A DNA stretch of 64,000 nucleotides from positions 74,975 through 138,974 of the forward strand of contig CAKVHI010000003.1 of NCBI GenBank assembly GCA_934747965.1, written 5' to 3'. This DNA comes from an uncultured Clostridia bacterium. GTDB lineage: Bacteria > Bacillota > Clostridia > Christensenellales > UBA1242. Every line of letters begins with the position of its first letter. Position 1 is the stretch's first letter. The notes beneath the pieces were generated by a model that was not told the DNA's origin, ran no database searches, and saw only the letters and a list, made by a program, of their open reading frames with translations. Shown here one piece after another: positions 18,542 through 26,727 of the stretch. The translations under genes were made by a program, and so were the position numbers.

Positions 18542-19522
18542 ATGAAAAAATTAGCAATATTTATTCTTGTTTTTTTTGTTGGCTTTTCAGGCTTTCTGTT
18601 CGGATGCAAAAACAACAATACAATAAGAATAAACGAAGTTACTCACAGTATTTTCTATGCCCCACTTTATGTTGCCATAAATAACGGCTATTTTGAAGAG
18701 TACGGATATAAAATTGAGTTAACTAACGGCGGAGGCTCTGATGCTTCCATGACCGCACTTCTAAGTGGCAGTGCAGATATTGCATTAATGGGACCAGAAA
18801 CTGGTGTTTATGTTAATGCTGGAGGAAAACAAAATGCTCCCATAATTTTTGGGCAGTTGACAAAAAGAGATGGAAGTTTCTTGGTTGGCAAGGTTAACGA
18901 AACTGATTTTAAATGGACTAATCTTAAAAATAAACATGTTATAGCCGGAAGAAAAGGTGGTTCACCAGCAATGAGTTTACAATATGCACTAGAAAAAAAT
19001 GGGCTTAACATAACTGAAGACCTAAACTTTGACTTAAGCGTTTCTTTCAACAACACGGTTGGTGCTTTCACAGGTGGAAGTGCAGATTATGTTACTGTTT
19101 TTGAGCCAACAGCAAGTGATTTGGTCAGAAACAATAAAGGCTTTATTGTTGCTTCAGTTGGTAGTGAAGCAGGCGAAATTCCTTTTACTTGTTTTTCTGC
19201 AAATAAAAGTTATATAGAAAAAAATGAAACAAAAATAGAAAACTTTTTAAAAGCCATCAAAAAAGCCTACAACTTTATAATGAATTCAGATATAAATGAT
19301 GTAGTAAACAGCCTAAGACCAAGTTTCTCTACTTCTACTGATGAAAGCATAAAATCTAGCATTGAAAGTTATAAAAGAATTGATGCTTGGTGCTCAAGCC
19401 CAGTTATGACAGAACAATCATACAACAGACTTTTGGATATGTTAATTGGTGCAGGCGAAGTTAATCAAAGAGTTGAAATGAGCAAAGTTGTTGACAATTC
19501 TATTGCAAGCAAAATTGCTTAA
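18542..19522 (+). CDS. ABC transporter substrate-binding lipoprotein (NMT1/THI5-like)
   Basis: Signal peptide with lipobox LFGC. AAGGAGG SD. Fold type pairs with the ATPase and permease at 15875-17489. Confidence 0.75.
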   Translation: MKKLAIFILVFFVGFSGFLFGCKNNNTIRINEVTHSIFYAPLYVAINNGYFEEYGYKIELTNGGGSDASMTALLSGSADIALMGPETGVYVNAGGKQNAPIIFGQLTKRDGSFLVGKVNETDFKWTNLKNKHVIAGRKGGSPAMSLQYALEKNGLNITEDLNFDLSVSFNNTVGAFTGGSADYVTVFEPTASDLVRNNKGFIVASVGSEAGEIPFTCFSANKSYIEKNETKIENFLKAIKKAYNFIMNSDINDVVNSLRPSFSTSTDESIKSSIESYKRIDAWCSSPVMTEQSYNRLLDMLIGAGEVNQRVEMSKVVDNSIASKIA

Positions 19523-19540
19523 TAATAAAAATAGAAACAA

Positions 19541-19597
19541 AAATTACCCCCACATTGTAAAGTCGTAATCGACTTTACTTAAAAGGGTAATTTTTTT
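19541..19597. terminator. Bidirectional terminator between the binding-protein gene and sigE
   Basis: Nested stems ATTACCC/GGGTAAT and GTAAAGTCG-TAAT-CGACTTTAC, flanked by A and T runs. Confidence 0.7.
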
Positions 19598-19691
19598 CTG
19601 TATTAAAATCTACAAATTATGTGATGTTCAAGTGCCAAATTCCATGCATTTTGCTTCTTTTACAACTTCGCAGTTTTTAAATTTCAAAAAA

Positions 19692-20432
19692 TTAAATTAC
19701 TTTTACAATTTCCTTTTTTAGTTTAGAAATTATCTTTTTTTCTATTCTTGAAATATAACTTTGGCTTATTCCTAGCATATCTGCAACCTCTTTTTGCGTT
19801 TTCTCTTCAAAATTGTTCAGCCCAAACCTAAGATTAATTATCTCTTTCTCTCTTCGATTTAACTTATCGACAAGGTCAAGTAAAATTTTTTGTTCGCAAG
19901 CATTTTCTAAATTTTTTGTAACACTATCATTTTCCATACTAATAACATCTGCAAGAACAAGTTCATTGCCTTCACTATCAACATTTAAAGGTTCTTCCAA
20001 ACTAATTTCATTTTTTGTTTTCACACTTTTTCTCAAAAACATTAAAATTTCATTTTCAATGCAACGAGAAGCAAAAGTTGCAAGTTTGATGTTCTTTTCT
20101 AAGTTAAAATTTTTTATGGCTTTAATAAGCCCGATAGAGCCTACAGAAATCAAATCTTCCAGACTTTCACCTGTGTTGTCAAACTTTTTTGCAATATACA
20201 CAACTAACCTTAAATTGTGTTCAATCAACTTATTTCTAGCCTCATTTCTGACGCTCTCAAACTCATCACCCACTAAAGACAATTTTTCAGCATAAAAATT
20301 TTCCTCATCTTGACTTAGGGGCGATGGAAGGGCTTCATTACTACACAAATAAAAAATTGTTTCTCCATCAAGAGAAAAATCAAAGCCTAAAATTTTACTA
20401 AAAATTTTTTTAATAAGAAGTGGTAATTTCAT
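19692..20432 (-). CDS. sigE: Sporulation sigma factor SigE precursor (pro-sigma-E)
   Basis: Aligns by eye with B. subtilis SigE: SNEALPSPLSQDEE, HNLRLVVYIAKKF, EDLISVGSIGLIKA, KLATFASRCIENEILMFLRK, GISQSYISRIEKK. Follows spoIIGA. Confidence 0.9.
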   Translation of the reverse strand: MKLPLLIKKIFSKILGFDFSLDGETIFYLCSNEALPSPLSQDEENFYAEKLSLVGDEFESVRNEARNKLIEHNLRLVVYIAKKFDNTGESLEDLISVGSIGLIKAIKNFNLEKNIKLATFASRCIENEILMFLRKSVKTKNEISLEEPLNVDSEGNELVLADVISMENDSVTKNLENACEQKILLDLVDKLNRREKEIINLRFGLNNFEEKTQKEVADMLGISQSYISRIEKKIISKLKKEIVKVI

Positions 20433-20441
20433 AATAATCTC

Positions 20442-21299
20442 CTAAAACAAACTTGGATTTAACAAAGCGTTATAGCCCATATCTGAAATAAAACTTTTTA
20501 AAGTTAGTCCAACAACCGCATCATTAATTATATGCACTCCATCTTGTGAATATATCTCTAATCTTTCAACTTGCACAACCAAAATTCTGCTTTCATTTTG
20601 TCCAATACTCTGAGTTTTAAATAAATGAGCGTTTTTGAACACCGAGTTAAGTTTTGATTCTTTATTTAGCACTATATCAGTAATGCTCAATCCCATGGTA
20701 ACATTTTTTAAAGCAAAAAAATCAACAATAGTTATCGGTTTTTGTGTTAAATTGTCAATTAGATTATTTCCACTATCTAAAAAAGCAAGAATTTCATCTT
20801 TTTGACTACCGTTAATAATTGATATTTTGTACATAAAATTGTTTATTTTTTTACGCTTATAAAAATTTTTGAAAATGTTTTTTATAAGCAAAAATACAAA
20901 AAATACGATCACACATATAACCCCAAGAGGCAATGAATATGATTGATAATTTGAAGGCGAAAAATTTTTATCAAACATAAAAAGCAAAAACAAACAAACT
21001 CCGCCAAACAAACTTGTAAGCAAAATAAAAGTTAGGTAATAAAGCAAAAATTCTTTAAATTTTTTCCATTTTTTTAACATCAAAATCATTGTTAGACTAA
21101 GCAAGATTTTTAAAAGGCTGTTAATTATAAAAGGAAAATCAAATATCGGAAGAATTAAGGCAAAAACTGAGCCAAACAAACTTGATAAAATCATCAAAAA
21201 TTTGTTTATATTTGATTTTAAAATTGTTTTAAGTGAAAGTAATATAAAAAAGTTGATTATAAAATTATCAATCAAAACTTGTTCTATATAGATTATCAT
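20442..21299 (-). CDS. spoIIGA: Sigma-E processing peptidase SpoIIGA
   Basis: 285 aa. MIIYIEQVLIDNF N-terminus, five TM helices and the aspartic protease motif FLDSGNNL. Confidence 0.88.
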   Translation of the reverse strand: MIIYIEQVLIDNFIINFFILLSLKTILKSNINKFLMILSSLFGSVFALILPIFDFPFIINSLLKILLSLTMILMLKKWKKFKEFLLYYLTFILLTSLFGGVCLFLLFMFDKNFSPSNYQSYSLPLGVICVIVFFVFLLIKNIFKNFYKRKKINNFMYKISIINGSQKDEILAFLDSGNNLIDNLTQKPITIVDFFALKNVTMGLSITDIVLNKESKLNSVFKNAHLFKTQSIGQNESRILVVQVERLEIYSQDGVHIINDAVVGLTLKSFISDMGYNALLNPSLF

Positions 21300-21305
21300 A
21301 AAAAA

Positions 21306-21314
21306 ATTTTAGCA
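21306..21314 (-). promoter_or_regulatory. Extended -10 element 6 nt from the spoIIGA ATG
   Basis: Minus strand TGcTAAAAT (21314-21306), T6, then ATG at 21299. No SD. A separate TTGACA lies at 21369-21364. Confidence 0.35.
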
Positions 21315-21381
21315 TTGTTTTTGTTAAAAAAAATAAGAATTTAATGCAAAATTTTTAAGTATTTGTCAAATTTGTTTTGTC

Positions 21382-21465
21382 CGCAAAGCATAAAAAATTT
21401 AACCAAAGGTTAAATTTTTTGTTTTTTGCAAAAAAACTCGCTTGCAAGCAAAGCGATGCTTTGCG
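21382..21465. repeat. Triple-palindrome structured element, copy B, closed by a 10-bp inverted repeat
   Basis: CGCAAAGCAT...ATGCTTTGCG encloses AAAAAATTTAACC-AAA-GGTTAAATTTTTT, GTTTTTT-GCA-AAAAAAC and CGCTTGC-AA-GCAAAGCG. Confidence 0.8.
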
Positions 21466-21494
21466 CCCTACTAAACACCACTTAAGAAATTAAC

Positions 21495-21517
21495 AAAAAA
21501 ATCCGAAATTTTCGGAT
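21495..21517 (-). terminator. Intrinsic terminator after the post-ftsZ gene
   Basis: ATCCGA-AATT-TCGGAT hairpin followed by a T-run on the minus strand. Confidence 0.65.
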
Positions 21518-21519
21518 TT

Positions 21520-21942
21520 TTATTTAAACATATTAACACTAAATTTAGCATTTAAACTTGATAAAAGTTTTAGTGCATTAGTAGAAAGTTCAATGTTAGG
21601 ACAGATTGCATCCTTAGATTGCTTTATAAACAACTCAAGTTTACAGTATCCTTTATTTTCTCTCAAAATTTTATTAATTTCATCTTCCTTTTTTATGAAA
21701 ACACGCAAAACAGTGGCTATTGCAACCTCTGTTTCTCGGTCTTGAGCCACATTTGTCGAAAGTTGATAAAATCCCAACGCCTTTGGATTTGACAGATTTC
21801 TTACTGCATTTTTTTTAAGCATAATCTTGCTTGCATTAACGCCTAAAATTTTATTTAAAATGCTTGGTTCAAAATCACTATCAAAAAATATAGTAAAAAC
21901 TGCTTGACTTTTATAAAAACTAATTTTATTTTCTTTCATCAA
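21520..21942 (-). CDS. Hypothetical protein, 140 aa (possibly DUF4279-like)
   Basis: Start abuts the ftsZ stop, with AAAGGAAAG SD. The pattern FTIFFDSDFEPSILNKILGV...LSSLNAKFSVNMF recalls DUF4279, from memory only. Confidence 0.5.
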   Translation of the reverse strand: MMKENKISFYKSQAVFTIFFDSDFEPSILNKILGVNASKIMLKKNAVRNLSNPKALGFYQLSTNVAQDRETEVAIATVLRVFIKKEDEINKILRENKGYCKLELFIKQSKDAICPNIELSTNALKLLSSLNAKFSVNMFK

Positions 21943-23151
21943 TTACTTTCCTTTTATTTTTCGCAAAAATGGAGGAATATCACTATCAATATCAACTCTT
22001 GTGTTATTAACCGGATTATTGCTATAACTTGGAGCTTGAGGTTTTTCTTCTTCAACAGGTTTGTTATACAAACTTTGTTTTAGACTTGGACTCTCTTGAG
22101 GTTTTTGAAGAGTGATATTAGGGTTGTTTTTATATTGATTTATAAATTTTTCATACCTATTTTTATTGTTTTCTTCTGTGTTTGTAGCACTCAAAGATTT
22201 TTCAAAACTTGCCCCATCAAAACCTGTAGCAATCAATGTAATTTCAACTTCATCATCCATATTAGCATCAATACCAGCACCAAAAATTATGTTGCAATCT
22301 GGGTCTACAACTTCTTTTACTAGGTCAACTGCTTGATAAATTTCTTCAAGTGGCAAATCGACATCGCCTTTAACATTAATCAAAACACCAGTAGCACCAC
22401 TTATTTCAGTTTCTAATAATGGGCTGTAAACTGCATTTTTAACAGCCTCAAAAGTTTTATTTTCACCTTTAGCTTTACCAATACCCATGTGAGCAAAGCC
22501 TTTGTTTTTCATAACTGTTCTAACATCCGCAAAGTCTAGGTTAATCAAACTTGGAGTAATAATCAAATCTGTAATGCCTTGAATACCTTGTCTTAAAACA
22601 TCATCAGCATATCTGAAAGCATCAAGCATGCTTCCTTTTGGCATAACTTGAAGAAGTTTTTCATTTGGAATTACAACCAAAGTGTCTACATATTTTTTAA
22701 GGTTATCAATACCTTTTTCTGCGTGAGCAAGGCGTCTTGCACCTTCAAAGCCAAAAGGTTTTGTAACAACAGCAACAGTTAAAATTCCCATTTCTTTGGC
22801 AATTTGTGCAACAACCGGAGCAGCACCTGTGCCTGTTCCACCACCCATTCCGGCAGTTATAAACACAAGGTCAGTGCCTTCCAACGCTTGCATAATTTCT
22901 TGCTTGCTTTCTTCGGCAGCCTTCATTCCAACTTCAGGGTCAGCACCAGCACCAAGACCTTTTGTTAATTTTTCGCCAATTTGTATTCTTGTTTCAGCCT
23001 TAGAAGTGATTAATGCTTGTCTATCAGTGTTTAAAGCACAAAACTCAGGGCCTTTAAACTCATAGTTAATCATACGGTTAACGGCATTACATCCACCGCC
23101 ACCAACACCCATAACTTTAATTCTTGCAACTGCAACTTGATCATTAAACAT
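21943..23151 (-). CDS. ftsZ: Cell division protein FtsZ
   Basis: 402 aa. [13 protein letters not shown] and the tubulin signature [13 protein letters not shown]. Confidence 0.97.
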   Translation of the reverse strand: MFNDQVAVARIKVMGVGGGGCNAVNRMINYEFKGPEFCALNTDRQALITSKAETRIQIGEKLTKGLGAGADPEVGMKAAEESKQEIMQALEGTDLVFITAGMGGGTGTGAAPVVAQIAKEMGILTVAVVTKPFGFEGARRLAHAEKGIDNLKKYVDTLVVIPNEKLLQVMPKGSMLDAFRYADDVLRQGIQGITDLIITPSLINLDFADVRTVMKNKGFAHMGIGKAKGENKTFEAVKNAVYSPLLETEISGATGVLINVKGDVDLPLEEIYQAVDLVKEVVDPDCNIIFGAGIDANMDDEVEITLIATGFDGASFEKSLSATNTEENNKNRYEKFINQYKNNPNITLQKPQESPSLKQSLYNKPVEEEKPQAPSYSNNPVNNTRVDIDSDIPPFLRKIKGK

Positions 23152-23153
23152 AA

Positions 23154-24314
23154 TTAATTTTCTCCTCTTTTAAAAATCTTTTGAAAAAAGCTTCGCTTTA
23201 TACTTTTTTCTTGAGTAATCGCTAAATCTAGTAGTGATAATATACTTGAATAATGCGGTCTGTTCATTTGAGGAACACTTGGAGCAATATATTCAAGATT
23301 TTTACCCATTTGCTTTCCTAAATAATCTTTCGCACCTTTTAAGTAGTTTAATCCACCGCCTGTTATGTAAATAGGCAAATATGTTCGATTTTGAATGTTA
23401 AAATCACTTGAATTTAATATCCTATTAAATACATCGCTAAACATTTCAAGCCTTGCAAGTATTATTTCATTTACTAACTTTGCTGAAACTGGTTGCATAG
23501 ATGAATTCACATTTACTTCGTAAAAATCATTATCCGTTGCATCCAAACTTAAAACGACTTTTCGTTTTAAGTTTTCAGCCTGTGCAAAACTAATATTTAA
23601 GCACTGACACAAATCTCCAGTGATATGTCCGCCACCCATAGAAAAGGCTTTTAACGCCAACAAGCCATCGCCTTTAACCAAACTTACGCTTGTTGTTATA
23701 TAGCCACAATCAATCAAAATAGCCCCACCATCACGCACTTCTGGGTCAAGAAGATATAGTGCTTCGCTTAAACTTGAAGAAATAAAATCTAAGTTGTAAA
23801 TTTCTAGTTCATTCAGTGCATTGCTAACCAAATCTATAAATTTTTTGTCTGTTAATATGTATGAAATCAAAACATTAAGTTTACTAGTAACTTCACCGAC
23901 CGGATTCAAAACTTTTCTGTTGTCATCCAAAATAAAGAATATTGGACTTCGGTTTATAACAAAAGTGCTTTCATCAAACTTTTGACTTGCATCAAAAATT
24001 TCAAAAACATCAGCATCTTTAACGCGTTTACGCTTCGGAAAAGTTACATTTACTTCTTTAGTTTCTACAAAACTAAATTCGCTTGGAACACTTATATAAA
24101 GTTTTTTTATTTTGTATCTTAAATTTTCTCCTGCTTTTTTAACGCAAGACTTTATAACCGACACAAAATTCTCTTCACTAAAAAACTCTCCCCCACTAAA
24201 TCCATCATAATTTTCTTCTGCACTAGACTTAATGTTGAAAGTGTTATTTATGCCTCTATCGCCAATCATAACTGAAATTTTAGATGATCCAATATCCAAA
24301 ACCGCAGTATCCAT
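23154..24314 (-). CDS. ftsA: Cell division protein FtsA
   Basis: Actin-like ATPase ([29 protein letters not shown]) with a C-terminal amphipathic tail. The third ATG has the best spacing from the GGTGAGG SD. Confidence 0.85.
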   Translation of the reverse strand: MDTAVLDIGSSKISVMIGDRGINNTFNIKSSAEENYDGFSGGEFFSEENFVSVIKSCVKKAGENLRYKIKKLYISVPSEFSFVETKEVNVTFPKRKRVKDADVFEIFDASQKFDESTFVINRSPIFFILDDNRKVLNPVGEVTSKLNVLISYILTDKKFIDLVSNALNELEIYNLDFISSSLSEALYLLDPEVRDGGAILIDCGYITTSVSLVKGDGLLALKAFSMGGGHITGDLCQCLNISFAQAENLKRKVVLSLDATDNDFYEVNVNSSMQPVSAKLVNEIILARLEMFSDVFNRILNSSDFNIQNRTYLPIYITGGGLNYLKGAKDYLGKQMGKNLEYIAPSVPQMNRPHYSSILSLLDLAITQEKSIKRSFFQKIFKRGEN

Positions 24315-24340
24315 TTTCATCATGCCTCACCTTTAAGTTA

Positions 24341-24370
24341 ATTATATAAAATTTTTTTTATTATTGTCAA
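24341..24370 (-). promoter_or_regulatory. Sigma-A promoter for ftsA-ftsZ
   Basis: Minus strand TTGACA (24370-24365), 18 nt, TATAAT (24346-24341). Confidence 0.5.
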
Positions 24371-24490
24371 CACAAAAAATAAAATTTTATACCAATTTTT
24401 ACTAATTGTTAAAAGCATTATAATACAAAATTAAATACAAATCAAGCGAAAAACTGAAAATATTTATAAAAATTTATAATTTTGCATAAT

Positions 24491-24518
24491 TATAAAAGCA
24501 CCAAAAAAATTTGGTGCT
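24491..24518 (-). terminator. Hairpin terminator after ftsQ/divIB
   Basis: AGCACCAAA-AAAA-TTTGGTGCT perfect 9-bp stem with a U-rich tail on both strands. Confidence 0.55.
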
Positions 24519-24586
24519 CTTTATTTTTTGTTTTTTTAATAAAAGTATTATCAAAAATTAAGAAATGTTGCTATTTTTAAAGCAAG

Positions 24587-25372
24587 TTAGTAGTAATATC
24601 CCACCACAGTTCCATCATTATTTTCATAAATGTTTATCTTAGTGCTTATTTTGTTTTCAAGTCTGTTATAAGTTGAAAGCCCTAACATAAATTTTTCAGT
24701 AAACTTTGTCGATATATTTTTTAACAAAATTTCAGTTCCACTTCTCATCTTTATTTTTAAATTATCATTTTCATCAAAAATAATTTCTTCAAAATTAGCC
24801 TTAAGTAAATTAACATTGTTGTTATATGCCAAAAGTTCAGAACACAATTTTTTTAATACCAATTTATGCTCAGAGCTTTCAAAAACCTTTCCAGCATCAT
24901 AATAGTTTAGGTTTTGGCTATCAAAACTAACTTTTATCGCATTATATTTTGTGTTAACAAATTCATTTTCAAGTTTCAAAACTTTAAGTTCATCATCAAC
25001 TATCATAAAACTTTTAAAAGCGTTATCTTCGTAGCCTTTCAAACATAAAAGTTCATTTCTTTCTATTGCATTAATTCTTAATGTGCTTGGGAAAATTGTT
25101 TCAATGTTAATAATTTTTATGTAAGGGTTGCTTTCTTCCAAATTTTTCGTGTATGCATTTTTATTAACAAAAAATATGCTTTGATTATATTTTAATTTGG
25201 CACTTTCCAAAATTTGTTCGTTTTGATTTGTAAGATTAATTGTGTTTGATAAAAAATTCAATTCAACATTTTTAAGGCAAAAAATTGTGCTTGACAAAAC
25301 AACCAAAAGCACAATAAAAGCCAGTATAGACAAAATAATAATCAAACTTTTATTTTTTTTCATATCAGTCAA
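24587..25372 (-). CDS. ftsQ: Cell division protein FtsQ/DivIB (POTRA domain)
   Basis: 261 aa. One TM followed by an extracellular domain. Located between murA and ftsA. Confidence 0.75.
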   Translation of the reverse strand: MTDMKKNKSLIIILSILAFIVLLVVLSSTIFCLKNVELNFLSNTINLTNQNEQILESAKLKYNQSIFFVNKNAYTKNLEESNPYIKIINIETIFPSTLRINAIERNELLCLKGYEDNAFKSFMIVDDELKVLKLENEFVNTKYNAIKVSFDSQNLNYYDAGKVFESSEHKLVLKKLCSELLAYNNNVNLLKANFEEIIFDENDNLKIKMRSGTEILLKNISTKFTEKFMLGLSTYNRLENKISTKINIYENNDGTVVGYYY

Positions 25373-26618
25373 TTAACTTTATGTTTGCATTTAAACTGTT
25401 AAGTTCTTCCATAAGGTTTTCATATCCTCTGTTTATATGAAAAATGTCATCAACTATTGTATATCCATTAGCCTTTAACCCAGCAAGCACTAACGCTGCC
25501 CCTGCACGCAAGTCTGTTGCACAAACTTCAGCCCCGCTTAAAGATTCAACGCCGTTGATTATTGCAAGTTTGTCTTTAACAGTTATTTTTGCACCCATTT
25601 TGATTAATTCAGGAATATGCTTAAAACGAGTTTCAAACATATTTTCTGTAACCACACTTGTGCCTTTTGCACAAGACAATAAACTTACAAGTTGCGGTTG
25701 CAAATCGGTTGGAAACCCCGGATAAGGGTTAGTTTCAACATTCATTGCCGATATTTGTGAATTAACCTTCAAGGATATTTTATCATTTTTAATAGTCAAA
25801 TTGCAAGCACTATTTTTAAGTTTTGAAATTAAACTGTAAATATGCTCTGGATTAATATTACAAATTTCGACATTTCCACCGCAAATTAACCCTGCAAGCA
25901 AATAGGTTCCAGCAATAATTCGGTCGGAAATTGGTGTGTAAGAAACAAACCGAGAAAAACTTTTGACGCCTTCAATGTTGATTATACTATCACCTGCGCC
26001 CGTTATTTTTGCCCCCATTTTGTTTAAAAAATTTTGAAGGTCAACAATTTCAGGTTCTCGGGCAGCATTAAAAATTCTTGTTCTTCCATCAAGTTTTACA
26101 GCCGCCATCATAATATTTTCGGTAGCTCCAACAGACGGAAAATCAAGGTGAATATCAGCAGGTTTCATATTTTGACCGTCACAATCAAGATAACCATGCT
26201 CTTCAATTATATTACAGTTTAAAGCTCTTAATCCTTTTAAATGCAGGTCTATTGGTCTGTTTCCAATATTACAACCACCCGGAAAAGAAATTTTTGCTTT
26301 TTTAAATTTTGCAAGCATAGGTCCAAGCATAAAAATTGATGACCTTATGCCTTTTGTTAATAAGTTTGGAATAAAGTATGTAGACAAATTTTCGGTGTTG
26401 ATAATTGTTTTTTCATCTGAATGCAAAATCTTACAGCCAATATGCTTTAGAATTTTTTGCATATTTTCTATATCCGAAAATTTTGGAAGATTGTTTAAAA
26501 CCACTTCTTTTTCAGACAAAATCGCGCCCGCCAAAATTGGAAGAGTGGCATTCTTGCTTGTTGCCACTCTTATACTTCCCTCTAAATTTCTTCCCCCATA
26601 AATTTTGTATTTGCTCAT
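25365..26618 (-). CDS. murA: UDP-N-acetylglucosamine 1-carboxyvinyltransferase
   Basis: 417 aa. Motifs KNATLPILAGAIL, PGGCNIGNRPIDLHL (active-site Cys) and FPTDLQPQ. Confidence 0.95.
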   Translation of the reverse strand: MSKYKIYGGRNLEGSIRVATSKNATLPILAGAILSEKEVVLNNLPKFSDIENMQKILKHIGCKILHSDEKTIINTENLSTYFIPNLLTKGIRSSIFMLGPMLAKFKKAKISFPGGCNIGNRPIDLHLKGLRALNCNIIEEHGYLDCDGQNMKPADIHLDFPSVGATENIMMAAVKLDGRTRIFNAAREPEIVDLQNFLNKMGAKITGAGDSIINIEGVKSFSRFVSYTPISDRIIAGTYLLAGLICGGNVEICNINPEHIYSLISKLKNSACNLTIKNDKISLKVNSQISAMNVETNPYPGFPTDLQPQLVSLLSCAKGTSVVTENMFETRFKHIPELIKMGAKITVKDKLAIINGVESLSGAEVCATDLRAGAALVLAGLKANGYTIVDDIFHINRGYENLMEELNSLNANIKLID

Positions 26619-26727
26619 ACTTTAGTTTATGAAATATAAAACTATAGTGTTAAACAAAATACCATTTATAAAAACTTTAGAAAAAAGAACACCGATAAAA
26701 TAGCATTCTTTTTTTTCGTTAATAAAT

